Source of the DNA: Utricularia gibba
Lineage: Eukaryota > Plantae > Magnoliophyta
DNA length: 64,000 bases
Direction: 5' to 3'
Assembly: GCA_002189035.1 (NCBI GenBank)
Contig: NEEC01000010.1
Coordinates: forward strand, 1,860,001 to 1,924,000
Shown: one piece after another, positions 25,321-37,421 of the stretch
Numbering within the stretch: the first letter of the stretch is position 1
Layout of the letters: every line of letters begins with the position of its first letter
Position numbers and translations under genes: made by a program
Notes under the pieces: generated by a model
The model's input: only the letters and a program-made list of their open reading frames with translations
Database searches by the model: none
What the model was told of the DNA's origin: nothing

Positions 25321-27821
25321 ATGGGTCCATCGTTGTACTGGTGGGCTAAAGAAACTCGCAAAGGAACTCCCGTAGTTGTGAAAATGGAAAATCCAAACAA
25401 CTGGTCCATGGTAGAGCTTGAGTCGCCGTCGGAGGACGATTTTCTTTACTCCACCGACGGCGTCTCTAAGGTCGGCCGGAATAGGAACGCCAAGCAGTTA
25501 ACTTGGGTTATTTTGTTGAAAGCCCACAAAGCCGCCGGCTGTCTCACTTCCATCGGAGCAGCATTTGTATCTCTCGCCGCCATAGTCCGCCGCCGCGTGG
25601 TCGCGGGGAAGACTGATTCCACCGACAAATCTTCAAGAGAAAATCTGGCAGTAAAGTCAAGGTTCTATAGCTGCATCAAAGCTTTACTATGGCTGTCTCT
25701 AGTTCTTCTTGGATTTGAGATTGTGGCTTACTTTAAAGGGTGGCATTTTGGAGCCTCTGATCTTCAAATGCATAATCTTTATACCTTGGCCAACGCTTTT
25801 GCTGTTAGAGATGTGTTTGATTTGCTCTATTCAAAGTGGGTTTTGGTTAGAGTGGAATATCTTGCTCCACCGCTTCAATTTCTAGCAAATGTGTGTATAC
25901 TGCTCTTCCTCATTCAGAGCTTGGACAGGCTAATCCTTTGTTTGGGTTGTTTCTGGATTAAAGTGAGGAAGATTAAACCAATTCCCAAAACAGGGGTTTT
26001 GGATCTTGAATCTGGAGACGGAGATGCTTATTTTCCTATGGTTTTGGTCCAGATCCCCATGTGCAATGAGAAAGAGGTGAAATTCCCTTTCGCTTTCTGC
26101 TTATTTATTGAATGTGTAATCTAACGCTGTTTTGGTGCTGGCTGATGGATCTAAATCCTTCTTCTGCTTGTTTTTGGAGCAAACTGTAGGTGTATCAACA
26201 ATCAATTGGGGCTGTATGTAATCTTGATTGGCCTAAAGATAAATTGCTCATTCAAGTTCTGGACGACTCAGATGATCCAACAACGCAGCTGCTAATTCGC
26301 AATGAGGTGAACCAATGGCATCAAAATGGGGCAAACATTATTTACAGACATCGAGTGATCAGAGAAGGTTACAAAGCTGGGAATCTGAAGTCTGCTATGA
26401 ACTGCAGTTATGTTAAGGATTATGAGTTTGTTGCTATTTTTGACGCTGATTTCCAGCCAAACCCGGACTTCTTGAAGAGAACCATCCCTCACTTCAAGGT
26501 ATCCTTTCCTTCAAGCACCATATCTCATTGTAAAATTACAATGCATTTGATTCCTACCTTTTCATGTTGATGGCATTCATTGTGGAGCTTCATTTTCGAT
26601 ATATTTAATTGGTGCCTTTGAATTGCAGGACAATGAGGAGCTGGGATTGGTTCAGGCAAGATGGTCATTTGTGAATAAGGATGAGAACCTTCTAACCAGA
26701 CTGCAGCTCATCAATCTAGCTTTTCATTTTGAAGTTGAGCAGCAAGTCAATGGAATTTTCCTCAACTTTTTTGGCTTTAATGGGACTGCCGGAGTGTGGA
26801 GAATCAAGGCTTTAGAAGAATCAGGTGGATGGCTGGAGAGAACTACTGTTGAGGACATGGACATTGCTGTTCGTGCTCATCTACATGGATGGAAGTTCAT
26901 CTTCCTTAATGATGTTGAGGTACATCACCACGCTGTTGAACTTTCATCCATCGTTGATGCAGAGTAAAATACGACCCTTTTGAATCTGTAGTGCCAATGC
27001 GAATTGCCGGAGTCGTACGAAGCTTACCGGAAGCAGCAACACAGATGGCATTCTGGACCAATGCAGTTGTTTCGTCTCTGCTTGCCGGCAATTATCAAAG
27101 CAAAGGTGATCTCATGATTTCTAGGTTTTTTTCAATGTGCAATGTAAAGATGAAGTGGTGCATATTTCCTGAAGTTTTTGTTCATTTCAATGCAGATCAA
27201 GGTGTGGAAAAAAGCTAACCTGATTTTCCTCTTCTTCCTTCTTAGAAAACTGATCCTCCCCTTCTATTCTTTCACCCTTTTCTGCATCATTCTTCCAATG
27301 ACCATGTTCATTCCAGAGGCATCCCTTCCATCGTGGGTAGTTTGCTACATTCCTGCGACTATGTCATTTCTCAATATTCTCCCGGCCCCAAAATCATTTC
27401 CTTTCATTGTCCCATACCTTTTGTTTGAGAACACAATGTCAGTCACCAAGTTCAACGCCATGATCTCAGGCCTTTTCCAGCTTGGTAGTGCCTATGAATG
27501 GGTTGTTACCAAGAAAACTGGGCGCTCGTCTGAGGGTGATCTTGCTTCCATTGTTGAGAAAACTCCACCCCGCAAAGAGGTATTTCAGAGCCTAATTTGG
27601 AGGAGCTGAAGGAGGAAATTGCACAGAAAGTGCACAAGGCTTCCAAAAAGAAAAAACACAACAGGATTTACACCAAGGAATTGGCATTAGCTTTCCTTCT
27701 TCTAACAGCTGCAGTAAGAAGTCTCCTCTCTGCCCAGGGAGTCCACTTCTACTTTCTGCTCTTTCAAGGGATATCCTTCTTGCTCGTCGGCTTTGACTTG
27801 ATTGGCGAGCAAGTTGTGTAA
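25321..27821 (+). CDS. CSLC12: Cellulose synthase-like C12-type xyloglucan beta-1,4-glucan synthase (GT2); apparent 1-bp deletion in the last exon
   Basis: Exons 25321-26076, 26190-26498, 26629-26919, 26992-27105, 27196-27821. Motifs [100 protein letters not shown]. The C-terminal [17 protein letters not shown]...LIGEQVV* lies in a different frame (shift at ~27563-27572). Confidence 0.95.
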
Positions 27822-28682
27822 TATCATCTATGGGCTACTCAGAATCACATTGCTATGGAACAAAGGCTTCCCTCAGGACTCTGGGAAGATGAACTGAAGT
27901 GTTGGTTGTCCAGAAAATGCATGTTTTTCTGGCTTTCCGGCAGCTTGGAAACGCGTGCAAATGATGACGGAGACGACAACAAACAGCAATCATCAACATC
28001 CTTTTGGTGGTTGCTATGGTAAGAGGATCCTCCTCATCTGGTAGTTTCTCTTGCTCATTGAGATTCTTTCTTTTGTTGGTTTATATTCCTTTGTAAGATA
28101 CAAAAAAATGCGTTGTTTCCCTCGAGACTTCAGTCTCTAAATTATTGTTCACATTTGAAGCACTGGGGAGCACATCATGGCCAGCAAATAATGCAGAAAC
28201 ACATGTTATTGCAAGTTTAGCACATGTTCATTTTACACCGTCATGCTTTCTCCCATCAAAGTTCTGTTGCTATGTGATCCATTCTACAGGGAAGAAGCAT
28301 GCGATCGATCCCCACAAGGGTTGTTGATCATTAGACTAAGCCTAGAAGTGCATGCATGTGCAAAACTGTAAACACGGGCACCGTCCCAGTTGATCCAAAA
28401 GTGGAACTTCTATTATGTATCAGAAAACAACAGCACCATTAGTTACAGGTTGCAATAATTGAGTGTGAGCACTGTTTTCACCCCACCCTTCTTCGAGATG
28501 GGTGAAAACTAGTAGACTTTGACAAAACACAAAACAATAAGCCATTTTCTTCTGATAAAAACTCGAAGAAGAGGAGTTGGGATCAAGAGCAACGCTAGGA
28601 ACTGATAACGCCTCCGGTTCAAAGCTAGTCTCTGGTCTATAGGTTGTTGATTCACTGTGAACAGAGCACAATGCCTGATCCT

Positions 28683-30264
28683 TCATGGACGCCCTGGTAA
28701 AAGCATCAAGAGTTCATAAGAATCTGGAGAAACTATTGTGGATTGCAAAAGTTGAAACCTTCACCATTTGGTGTCAAACTGTTGACAGATTGATTAGAGT
28801 CGAATCCTGTTGTCCTGCGGATGTCATGGAGTTCGTTGTTCCACAAGCTCTGAACAGATTTCACACATTTTCAGAACTCCAGCAGGGAAAAAAGGCTTAA
28901 AGATGTAGACTTTACCGGCGCTGCTAAATGAAATGGTGGATTTGCACCACTGAAACCACCCATGGCAACACTTGTAGTTCCCTGGAATGCTTGAAGAAAA
29001 CTTGATTCTGGGTGGACTCCAAGCGCGGTGGCGTCGTTGCCTCGCTGATGAAAAATCTATTGCAAGAACTGGATAAGAATCCGTTGTTTCCATCAAGGGT
29101 GGAATGCAAATTAGATCTTAGTTATACATACTTCATTCGGCAGCATTCGTGTTAGATCTAAATCAATGTTCATCTCTGAATTCACTGTAGCCAGCTTCAT
29201 TGACAAGAACTGCATTCAGAACTCACTTCAGTCAAGTGCTTCCATGATTGAGATAACGAACACACGATGTATATATTTGAAGAAAAGGGAAACTGAAAGC
29301 GAAAAGAGAGAAACTTGCCTCAACTTGCTGCTGCAGTGATTGCACATAGTTGATAATCTCATCAAGCATCACAGCTTTGCCAGTGATCTAGATATGTGTG
29401 ACACAATACACTGAATAATCATTGAAGAAAAAGGGAATAACAAAGCAGCCAATGGTGAAAACTCCCATCACCTTATTGCATCCAGGAACCAGGTCTTGCA
29501 GCATCTTCATTCTCTCACTGATCCTCTCTCTCCTAACCTGAAAACTTAGTTTTCAATCAAGCTCTTTATTTTTTTCTAGTTTCCATTCAGCATGTGGGAA
29601 GTAAAGAGAGTTCAGTAATTTACTCTTTCAGCAAGACTGTGGCTGTTGGTCGCCTGACCTCTTTTAGCTCTCACATGAACATAGTCGTTTTCTTTAGCCT
29701 TTCCTCCAATCAACTTACCATCCCTTGCTTGTCTACCTTGAGAAATTGGCCTGGAATCCCTTAGTTCCCCTTCCTCAGAATTCTATAAGCGATCAGTTTA
29801 AAGGTCAGTGATATTGAATGAAATGAACTCACAAAGGCCTAATGAGGTGCTGCTGCTACCTTTCGTTTGCCCTTTGCACTTGGTGAACCTCCAAAGGCGC
29901 CATTTTTAGATACTTCACAGGCATTTGGTCCCTGGTTCTTGGACAGAATTTGATGAAAGCCTGAGTTCTGGTCATCCGAGTGAACGAAAGAAGGCATCAT
30001 ATCTGAGAAACCTTCACCACTGGGACAAGAGATTGTTTGGTTTTTTAACACAGAAGAGAAACCATGATTAGCAAACTGATTATCGTGAACAACTGCAGAG
30101 GGAAACTCTCCATCTTGGTTAGAAGAGACCGCCGCAGCCCAACCAGAAATGTAAAAAGGTTCAACCCCATTTGACAGTGTATCAAGATTGTTGCTGCCAT
30201 CTCTAGCTTTCACAGACGAAATTTGCTGAAGTAATCCACCATAGCTGATCTTCTCACAACCCAT
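28683..30264 (-). CDS. bHLH74: bHLH subfamily XII (CIB/BEE group) transcription factor, bHLH74-like
   Basis: Exons 30264-29860, 29782-29624, 29537-29472, 29387-29319 (GC donor), 29209-29132, 29056-28916, 28849-28765, 28693-28683. [76 protein letters not shown]; C-terminus ...SLTPNGRP*. The family is certain; the bHLH74 orthology is from memory. Confidence 0.9.
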
Positions 30265-33199
30265 TACCAAAAGCAAGAATTAAGAATCCAGCAGCAGAAC
30301 AATCCTAAACCTTTGTTAAACAGAATATGGGTGGATAAATAAAAGGCAAAGATGCCCCTTGACCAGTTGCAGAACTCGAGAAGGACGAAGTGTTGCAGAC
30401 GACTTTATAGTACTGGGAAAGAAGTTGCTAAGAAAAAGGCAAAAGAAAAACCATCAATGCAGCATCCTAGAGGGAGAGCCACAGAAGTAAAGGTTAAATC
30501 CAGTATACCAGGCATTAAAAAAGAACACACTGCCCGCCAGCTACACAGCATCTTTTGAAATAGATCAATCATAGCCTGTGGAAAAAATTCCTTATCTCTG
30601 TACAAGAAACGAGAAACTCTCTGAATCTTTCAGCATTGAAAGCTGATAATGTTGAAGACTGACTGTAAATTTCTGAGTTTTGGTGTTACAAAAATGTGGA
30701 GAAGGGAAAGTAGATTGGCTTTCTTTTCCAAATTGTTTGTCCCTTACGTCACTCTAACTCAGGCCAATCACAACCTGATAAAATCAAGGAACCATCATCA
30801 CTTCAAGTGTGAAAACCATCTTCGAGATTCCACAAAAGTAGCTAGCAGTTGCAGGTTTGACGCCTTGACTATGAGCTAAAACAGCTCAGGGAAAATACTT
30901 TCCTACAGTTTCACCCATTGTTGTGTTTTTTCCAATAAGGTGACAGAAGCTCCGTTCAATTTGAATAGAAATGCGAGTGGGAATTTAAACAAAGAGAATA
31001 TGGGCACAGTCCCATGAGAGTACAGCTATAGACGGGCTGGAGCTCAGAGTACCCAGAACAGCATCATATGCTCCACAAGAGGAAAAAGGAAAAGCGAATT
31101 CACCAGCTGGGGGGAACTCACAAAACGTCGCAAGAAGATCAACACACATATCAATAAAGCAATGCCCCTAGCTTTTCTACCTTCCCAATTTAACCAAGGA
31201 TGATGATGTGATGGATTAAAACTAACAAAAGTCACCTTTTTTCTTAATCCCAGATAACTTCAAATCATCATTCACTTTTACTTTCCCGGGTACTTCTCTT
31301 CAAGCCGAAGATTAATTGAAAAGCCTTTAAGTTATTGTGATCCTTGCCGAGAATCACACCCAGCACTTGCTTTGTAATAATTTGAGTTACAGAAAATCAA
31401 AACGAGACAATAAAAGGCTGTATTTTGGTGTAATGAAAACGCGTAGGAAGCGACATTTTCACCTGATTGTCCGTCCTTCCGTCACCCCGTCGAAGCCCCA
31501 GATCTCCCTCTTACAGCTGGAATCGCCCATATATTGATTGTGTCCAAACACTCGTACATTGCAGGTACGACATGGCCATCACTCCCGGTCAAGACACAGA
31601 TTTTCTTCTTCCTCATTGGCTGCCATCTCGCTGGACTGGAACCCTCCCCCAGATTAGCTAGCTGTCACCACCACCTGTGCGTTGGACCTGCTTATCTTGC
31701 ATTCACTCATTCGGAAACCGCGATGCTAAAGATCAGTTGTCTGATCACGGCAACTGGTCGTCGGCAAGTGCGAATTGTGCAACCCACCCCGACACCCGAT
31801 CCCTTTCCGAAGCTCGCTTCAATCCGAACGCCTTCATGTCTTAGACCCCTTTGTCGGAGCCTTGAATCAAAAAGAACCAAACACATTCACATGGTATCCC
31901 ATTGATTTTTCCGAATAAATGATCCAGAAATTACATATTTTATAAAAAAATATTATGAAAAAAAATATGAAATTCAATTAAAAAAGTGGCAAAATCGTTC
32001 ATAGAAAATGATTTTAGGTTGAAATTTTGAATTTTTTTTAAATAAAAATTATAATTTCGGATTGGACGGATTTAATCTTGGGTTCAATCCCGAAATTTAA
32101 AACGTTCTCAACAAATGTTTCGATAAATCTCTTTATTAAATTATTTTTATAATACGGATAATAAGTTTCTATAAAACATAAATACGTTTATTATTGTAAC
32201 AATGTAATAAACTTATGGAAAAATAATTAAATCATTCATGCTACATAAAATATTCATTATTTCTCCCATTTTAATGAAAATTAACAAAATTGCAAATTTA
32301 TTTTTTATTAAAATTTAGTTTGAATTAAATTCATAAATGGGCCACTCGCTAGAAACGCAATCAAGGCAACCTAGAATTCGTAGATGGGCCTACCACAAAT
32401 GGATTACATCCGGCCCAAGAAGGAAATGAGTTTATGAAACCCGCCCGCCCGTTTCTTAAAGAAAATACAATTACTAGGCGGACCCTCCGGAAGGACGTTT
32501 CGGGTCTACCACCGTTTTAAATTTCGAATTTATGTTTATTAATTTAAAAAAAAAAAATTTCCAAGTATCGGTCAACGCAACACGTGACACTGGAGATCAG
32601 AAGACGAAATAAACAAGTATTATATATATTTATTTATCGACGGCAACTTGTCCATGTGCGAAAAATACATCTGCTGTCGTCGACCACAGGCAGGTAGCCT
32701 GTTCCTCCCCTGTAGATCCAATGGCTTCCACCGGAGGGAGACCTAGACGACGGCCGGGCCACCCATTCGGTTCCGGTTTTCGACGAACCGGGCGGCCCTC
32801 GTTCCTCTTCTTCCTGCTGGGAAATGGAATGGAAATGTATTATTTCAGATCAGAGCAATAAAAGGATTCAATTATTTCTGAACGTAAAACGCAGACCCAC
32901 AGTACAGTAGGCTTTAATTCTAATTTTTCTGTTATGAGATTTCGAAGAAAAAAAGAAAGAAAGAAAAACAAACCTGGTTGCGCCATAAATGGGTTTAGAA
33001 CAGCAGCCGGACAAGGCAAGGAAGGGCACCTCTGAGGAATAACTCCCAGGCATTGAATGAAGAGAAAACCCTATTCGAGGGAGGTCAGCAGAAAAAGGTG
33101 TCGAGAAACGTAATGGAGGAAGGATACACGACCCCCAAGCTGTGGGGGTTTCTCTACGTATTTCTTCATCGGCAGTAGTTTTCGAGATGGATAATGGAT

Positions 33200-33480
33200 T
33201 CTATTAGACTATATTTAGTCATTTCCGAAAATGTTGATCTAGAGTTTACGAAAATGAGATAAATGTTTCAAAAATGATTAAACTTATTCTGCATTTTTTC
33301 CAAAAACGGAAATAAGTAAACCTGGTTTACTTTCGAAAATAGTTTAAAATATTATTTATAATATTTATTTTAATATTATGATTTCCGAAAATGGATACAA
33401 ACATAATGGAAACTTAATAATTTAATTTTCAAAAATACCATATCATCATTTTCGAAAACGAATAAAGATGCTTTTACAAA
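33200..33480. mobile_element. Second copy of the AT-rich MITE-like family seen at 22180-22448
   Basis: Internal repeats of tttccgaaaat/ttttcgaaaa. The right end cgaataaagatgctttta resembles ggtaaagatgctcta at 22435-22449, and its reverse complement aligns with 22171-22230. Confidence 0.4.
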
Positions 33481-35721
33481 TTTGGTCTGTATTTTGAGTA
33501 TGTTAAAAAATTATATATAAATTTTTTATTGTAGTATGTGAGATAGAAAATTCACCAATTTTCTTAGGAGAAGGGTGTAATCATTCATTTATTTGAATTT
33601 AGATAAATTAATATAATTTTCTGTTGAATAAATCTTCACCTATATAATTAAAAAAGATACTGTTGTCTCATATTTATTTAAATTCATGAGGTAAATATAA
33701 TATAATTTATAGTATATTATAAAGTAACTCAAACCCAACATATAAATAAAAGATTAATTTACAAAAAATTAATAATTTAAAAAATGTACGTTATTATTTA
33801 TCATGTAATTCGTAGAAATGTTTATGATTAAATAAATATACATTATTATTAAAATACCTATACCATATTTTAGTATCATAACGAGCGCGTCATGATAGAA
33901 GCCTAATTTCTATCATAAACTATTCTTGATTCAAAATAATTAAATCGTAATTTTTTAAACTCTACGTTTATGATTGGGTGGAGGAATATAAATTCTTAAA
34001 ATTTGATATTACACATGTCTACCCCCAGAAGCATTAATGATATTACCCCCACTTTATTATATTTTTTTCCTTAAAAAAAAGCTGATTGGATGAGGCTTTG
34101 CAACTACCCTTGTCACATTTATTTGGGCACCCTTGGGTCAAAGACAAATGAAATATTATTTATATAAATATACGATGGGGGTGCTAAAAGTAAATATTTC
34201 AGAATTCTGTCACTGTTCTGTACCCCTACGTCTTTTCGTTACAGAAATAAAAGAGGATTTATTGCCTACTTAATATTCCTTATAAAAAATAATTAAAAAT
34301 GTATCTTGCCCCAACAGTAGTTAATATATACTATAATACAAACAGTTGAAATAAATAATTATTATACTTGATATTCAACTAAAATTGTGTTAATATAATT
34401 ATATGAAAGAAACTCGGATATTTGAATATTTATTTTGTATTTGCATGTACAAAATGATGAAATTTCATGTGAAATATTATTATAAATTAATTTTCGTAGA
34501 ATACGCGAGAGGGTGTAGAGGGGAGGGAATTCAGCAGCGCCCCTGGTCCCGGGCCTCCCTTTCTGTGTCGGACAGAGGGAGCGAATGCGCGCACACACAC
34601 ACACCCTACTTTGTGTCTGTGTGGATGCATTCGTGTTTCGCCAGAAGCATACCAAACTAAAGGAGTGAGTTACTCTTTTTTTTTTGGTCTATGTTTTAAA
34701 TCGATTTCTAATTATTAAATTTAAAATTTCATTTATTATAAAATATTAAGCCTTTTTTTAAGCTTTGAAGAGTAATAAAATAGTATTTTTTTGAATTATT
34801 GAAAATTGGGGGAAAAACACATAAAGTCCAAAAACTGTAAAAACTCCAGAAATTATTGTAATTTGTCGAAGGGGAAAAAGCTTACGAAAAAAGAGGGGCC
34901 CACGCACCACGCCGCCCCCACCCTTGACACGTCGCTGTCAGAGTAACCTTCTACCGTACCTTCCCTCGAGCGAATTCTTATCCAACCCTTTGGTTTCCCC
35001 TTTTCCCGTTTTAACCTTCTTGTTGGGATGCGTATTGGGAAAAAAAGTACCACTATTTTCAATAAAAAATTAATCTAATAACCAATTATAGTCGTAAAAT
35101 TTATGAATATATTTCTTCATTTTTTTTCAAAATTTCATCAATAAATATATGGAAGGGTAGTTTCGTCTTATTGCCTTGATGAAGCCTTGCCAGCCATTTA
35201 ATCTATTTTATTTTTAATTTTACACTCTTTTCATTCTTGATAACCTACATCAAATATATATATGCCTTTTATATTAAAAAATAATAATTTAATTTTCTCA
35301 AATAAAAACAGTTAAGTTTGCTTGCTGGTAGTGATTTATAATATAAGAGAGTCGGGAGAATTATTCCATGATATAAAATATGTGAATGAAAACCTGACAA
35401 GTTTATACATAATATATTGAGTGATACGGGATGTGTTGGTATATCGGATAACAAAACATGTTATTTTAAAATATAATAAATTCTATTAGATACGTTATAA
35501 AATATGTTTGATATTTTATGTATTAAAGCCTTTACATTGTTCAAGAAATAGAACCAAATAGCTTTTAGTTTAGATATCGGGGTTTTTTTTTTAATTTGAA
35601 ACTATACTTCTGATTATATAGAATACAATCGATTGTAGAATTACGTGAATAAAATCAATTTGAAATTGTTATGGTATAATATAAAATTATATTATAAAAA
35701 TTTAATAAAATAATACATATA

Positions 35722-36099
35722 GGGTGCGTTTGGTTCTTAGTATAAGGAGAGATAACTAAATGATATATCGTTATTCGGTATTTAGTTACGAATAAAGAAT
35801 TAGTTATCCTATATTATATGTATTTATTATACCACGGAAATGAGATAAAATAATATAGGGTTGTTCGGTGTTATTATTTAATCACTCAATAATACCATAA
35901 ATGCATTTTGTTTTTTTTATAGAAAACCCAATTAAAAATAATAATGACATTTTCATCATTTTAACTATACAAACAACTATTATATCCCAATTATTAAAAC
36001 ACAAATCAAATATATCAAAATACAATTCCATCTATTCCTAACCCATTATCTTACTTAATTTTATCTTAGGATAACTTATCATACAAACCAAAATCACTC
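35722..36099. mobile_element. Tourist/PIF-Harbinger-like MITE remnant
   Basis: Left end GGGTGCGTTTGGTT; degenerate right end ggataacttatcatacaaaccaaaatcactc followed by ATAA. This termini pattern is typical of dicot Tourist MITEs; the interior is AT-rich and non-coding. Confidence 0.5.
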
Positions 36100-37421
36100 A
36101 TAAATATATTTTTAGAATCGATAAAAAAGTGAGTTAACATAATTTTTGTAATTAATTTCTTATGTAATCATTGAAATAAAAATTCAAGAAATTCAATTAA
36201 TTTATAAAATTAAGCATAAAATCTTAATTTCTGATTGTATTATAAAATGATTTTTAAATAATATGGTTTTGTGAACCTTATGGGACGGGGAATTTGCCGC
36301 CATCGGATCTGGTGGCACTTTTGCCACGTATTTTGGTCATGTGCGGGCAGTTAGATTCTAATAAAGGCATTCCGCAACCAAACGCAACCTTCTTCTCTTT
36401 TTCTTCCTTTTGTTTTTTATTTGTCCTTTCAGCAGTTATAATTTTTCTATAAAACATTTATTACAATATATATAGTAAGTAAATACGAGTCATATATCCG
36501 TAAAAGAAAATAATAATAAAATATTTTAATTACACCGAACCTCCCAACGTGTAAAATTTAGGTTTTTGGATTTTTATTTCCACAAATTAATATTAAAGGT
36601 GATTATTACATACTCTTAGATTGAATCCAAAATAGATATTATTTTTTTTGAAATAATTTATATTTTATTTTAAAAAACAAAAATTTATGAGAGTTCTATT
36701 GAAAGTGAACAACACTGTAGAAGAAAAGTTCCACTCTGCATTGAAATTCCAAACTTGTTCAACGTGATTGCTAATAGTTGCGCTTTTCCCTGTTTGTTCC
36801 GCGGTGTTGGGTTAATTCCGACATGGGGTTTCCTGCATTTCCCTATAAATGTTTTGTTTCTGTAGTAGATTGATAAAAATGTGCTTTTGCTGCTTTTCCG
36901 AGGTGTCATGAGGTCGTATTTTTGTTATTTTTTTTCATGAAATTTCTGATGAGCATAGGCTAGAGTTGAATTTCAATCACTTCTCTCAGAAAAGAAATTC
37001 ACAGGTGCAACTTGAGAGGCCGTACTGATTGATATATAGTTATGTCACAAGGCCTTCAGACAGCCAGTGTCCATCTTTGCAATCCTCGCACTGTCTCGCT
37101 CTCGCTTGCAAGTTGCTTCCCACTCTCTTCTTCTTCTTCTTCCTCCTCTTCTCCTGCTCCATCTTTTTCCTGTCTTGCTCTCTCTCCAATTATTTTCCCT
37201 TTGCCAAAGCGTCAAACCACACAACATCAGTTTAATGCTTCTTTTTTGCCCCTTTTCGCTCTAGAGCCAAACTCGGCCAACCCCGTGGTGAAAACCTTGA
37301 GGAAAATGGCTACTGGTTTGACCTGGAAACGGCGCTTTTGCCAGTGACCCTCTTCTCCTTTTTTTCTCCTTCATTTCAGCAGCTAAAAGTTTCTGTAATC
37401 TGCGCTCCTCTGTTCTCCCGC

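Noticed and set aside
29839-29841. In-frame TAG ending the 145-aa bHLH ORF as evidence of a pseudogene
   Set aside because: It falls inside a plausible 77-nt intron (donor AAG|GTAGCA), and all downstream exons are intact.
31440-31900. Several short ATG ORFs upstream of bHLH74 as conserved peptide uORFs
   Set aside because: They do not resemble the SAC51-type conserved uORF, and I cannot show the region belongs to the bHLH transcript.
32080-32091. GGGTTCAATCCC, resembling a tRNA T-arm/B-box
   Set aside because: There is no A-box, D-arm or acceptor stem upstream; it sits among cggatt/aatccg repeats typical of transposon subtermini (similar sequence at ~10255-10290).
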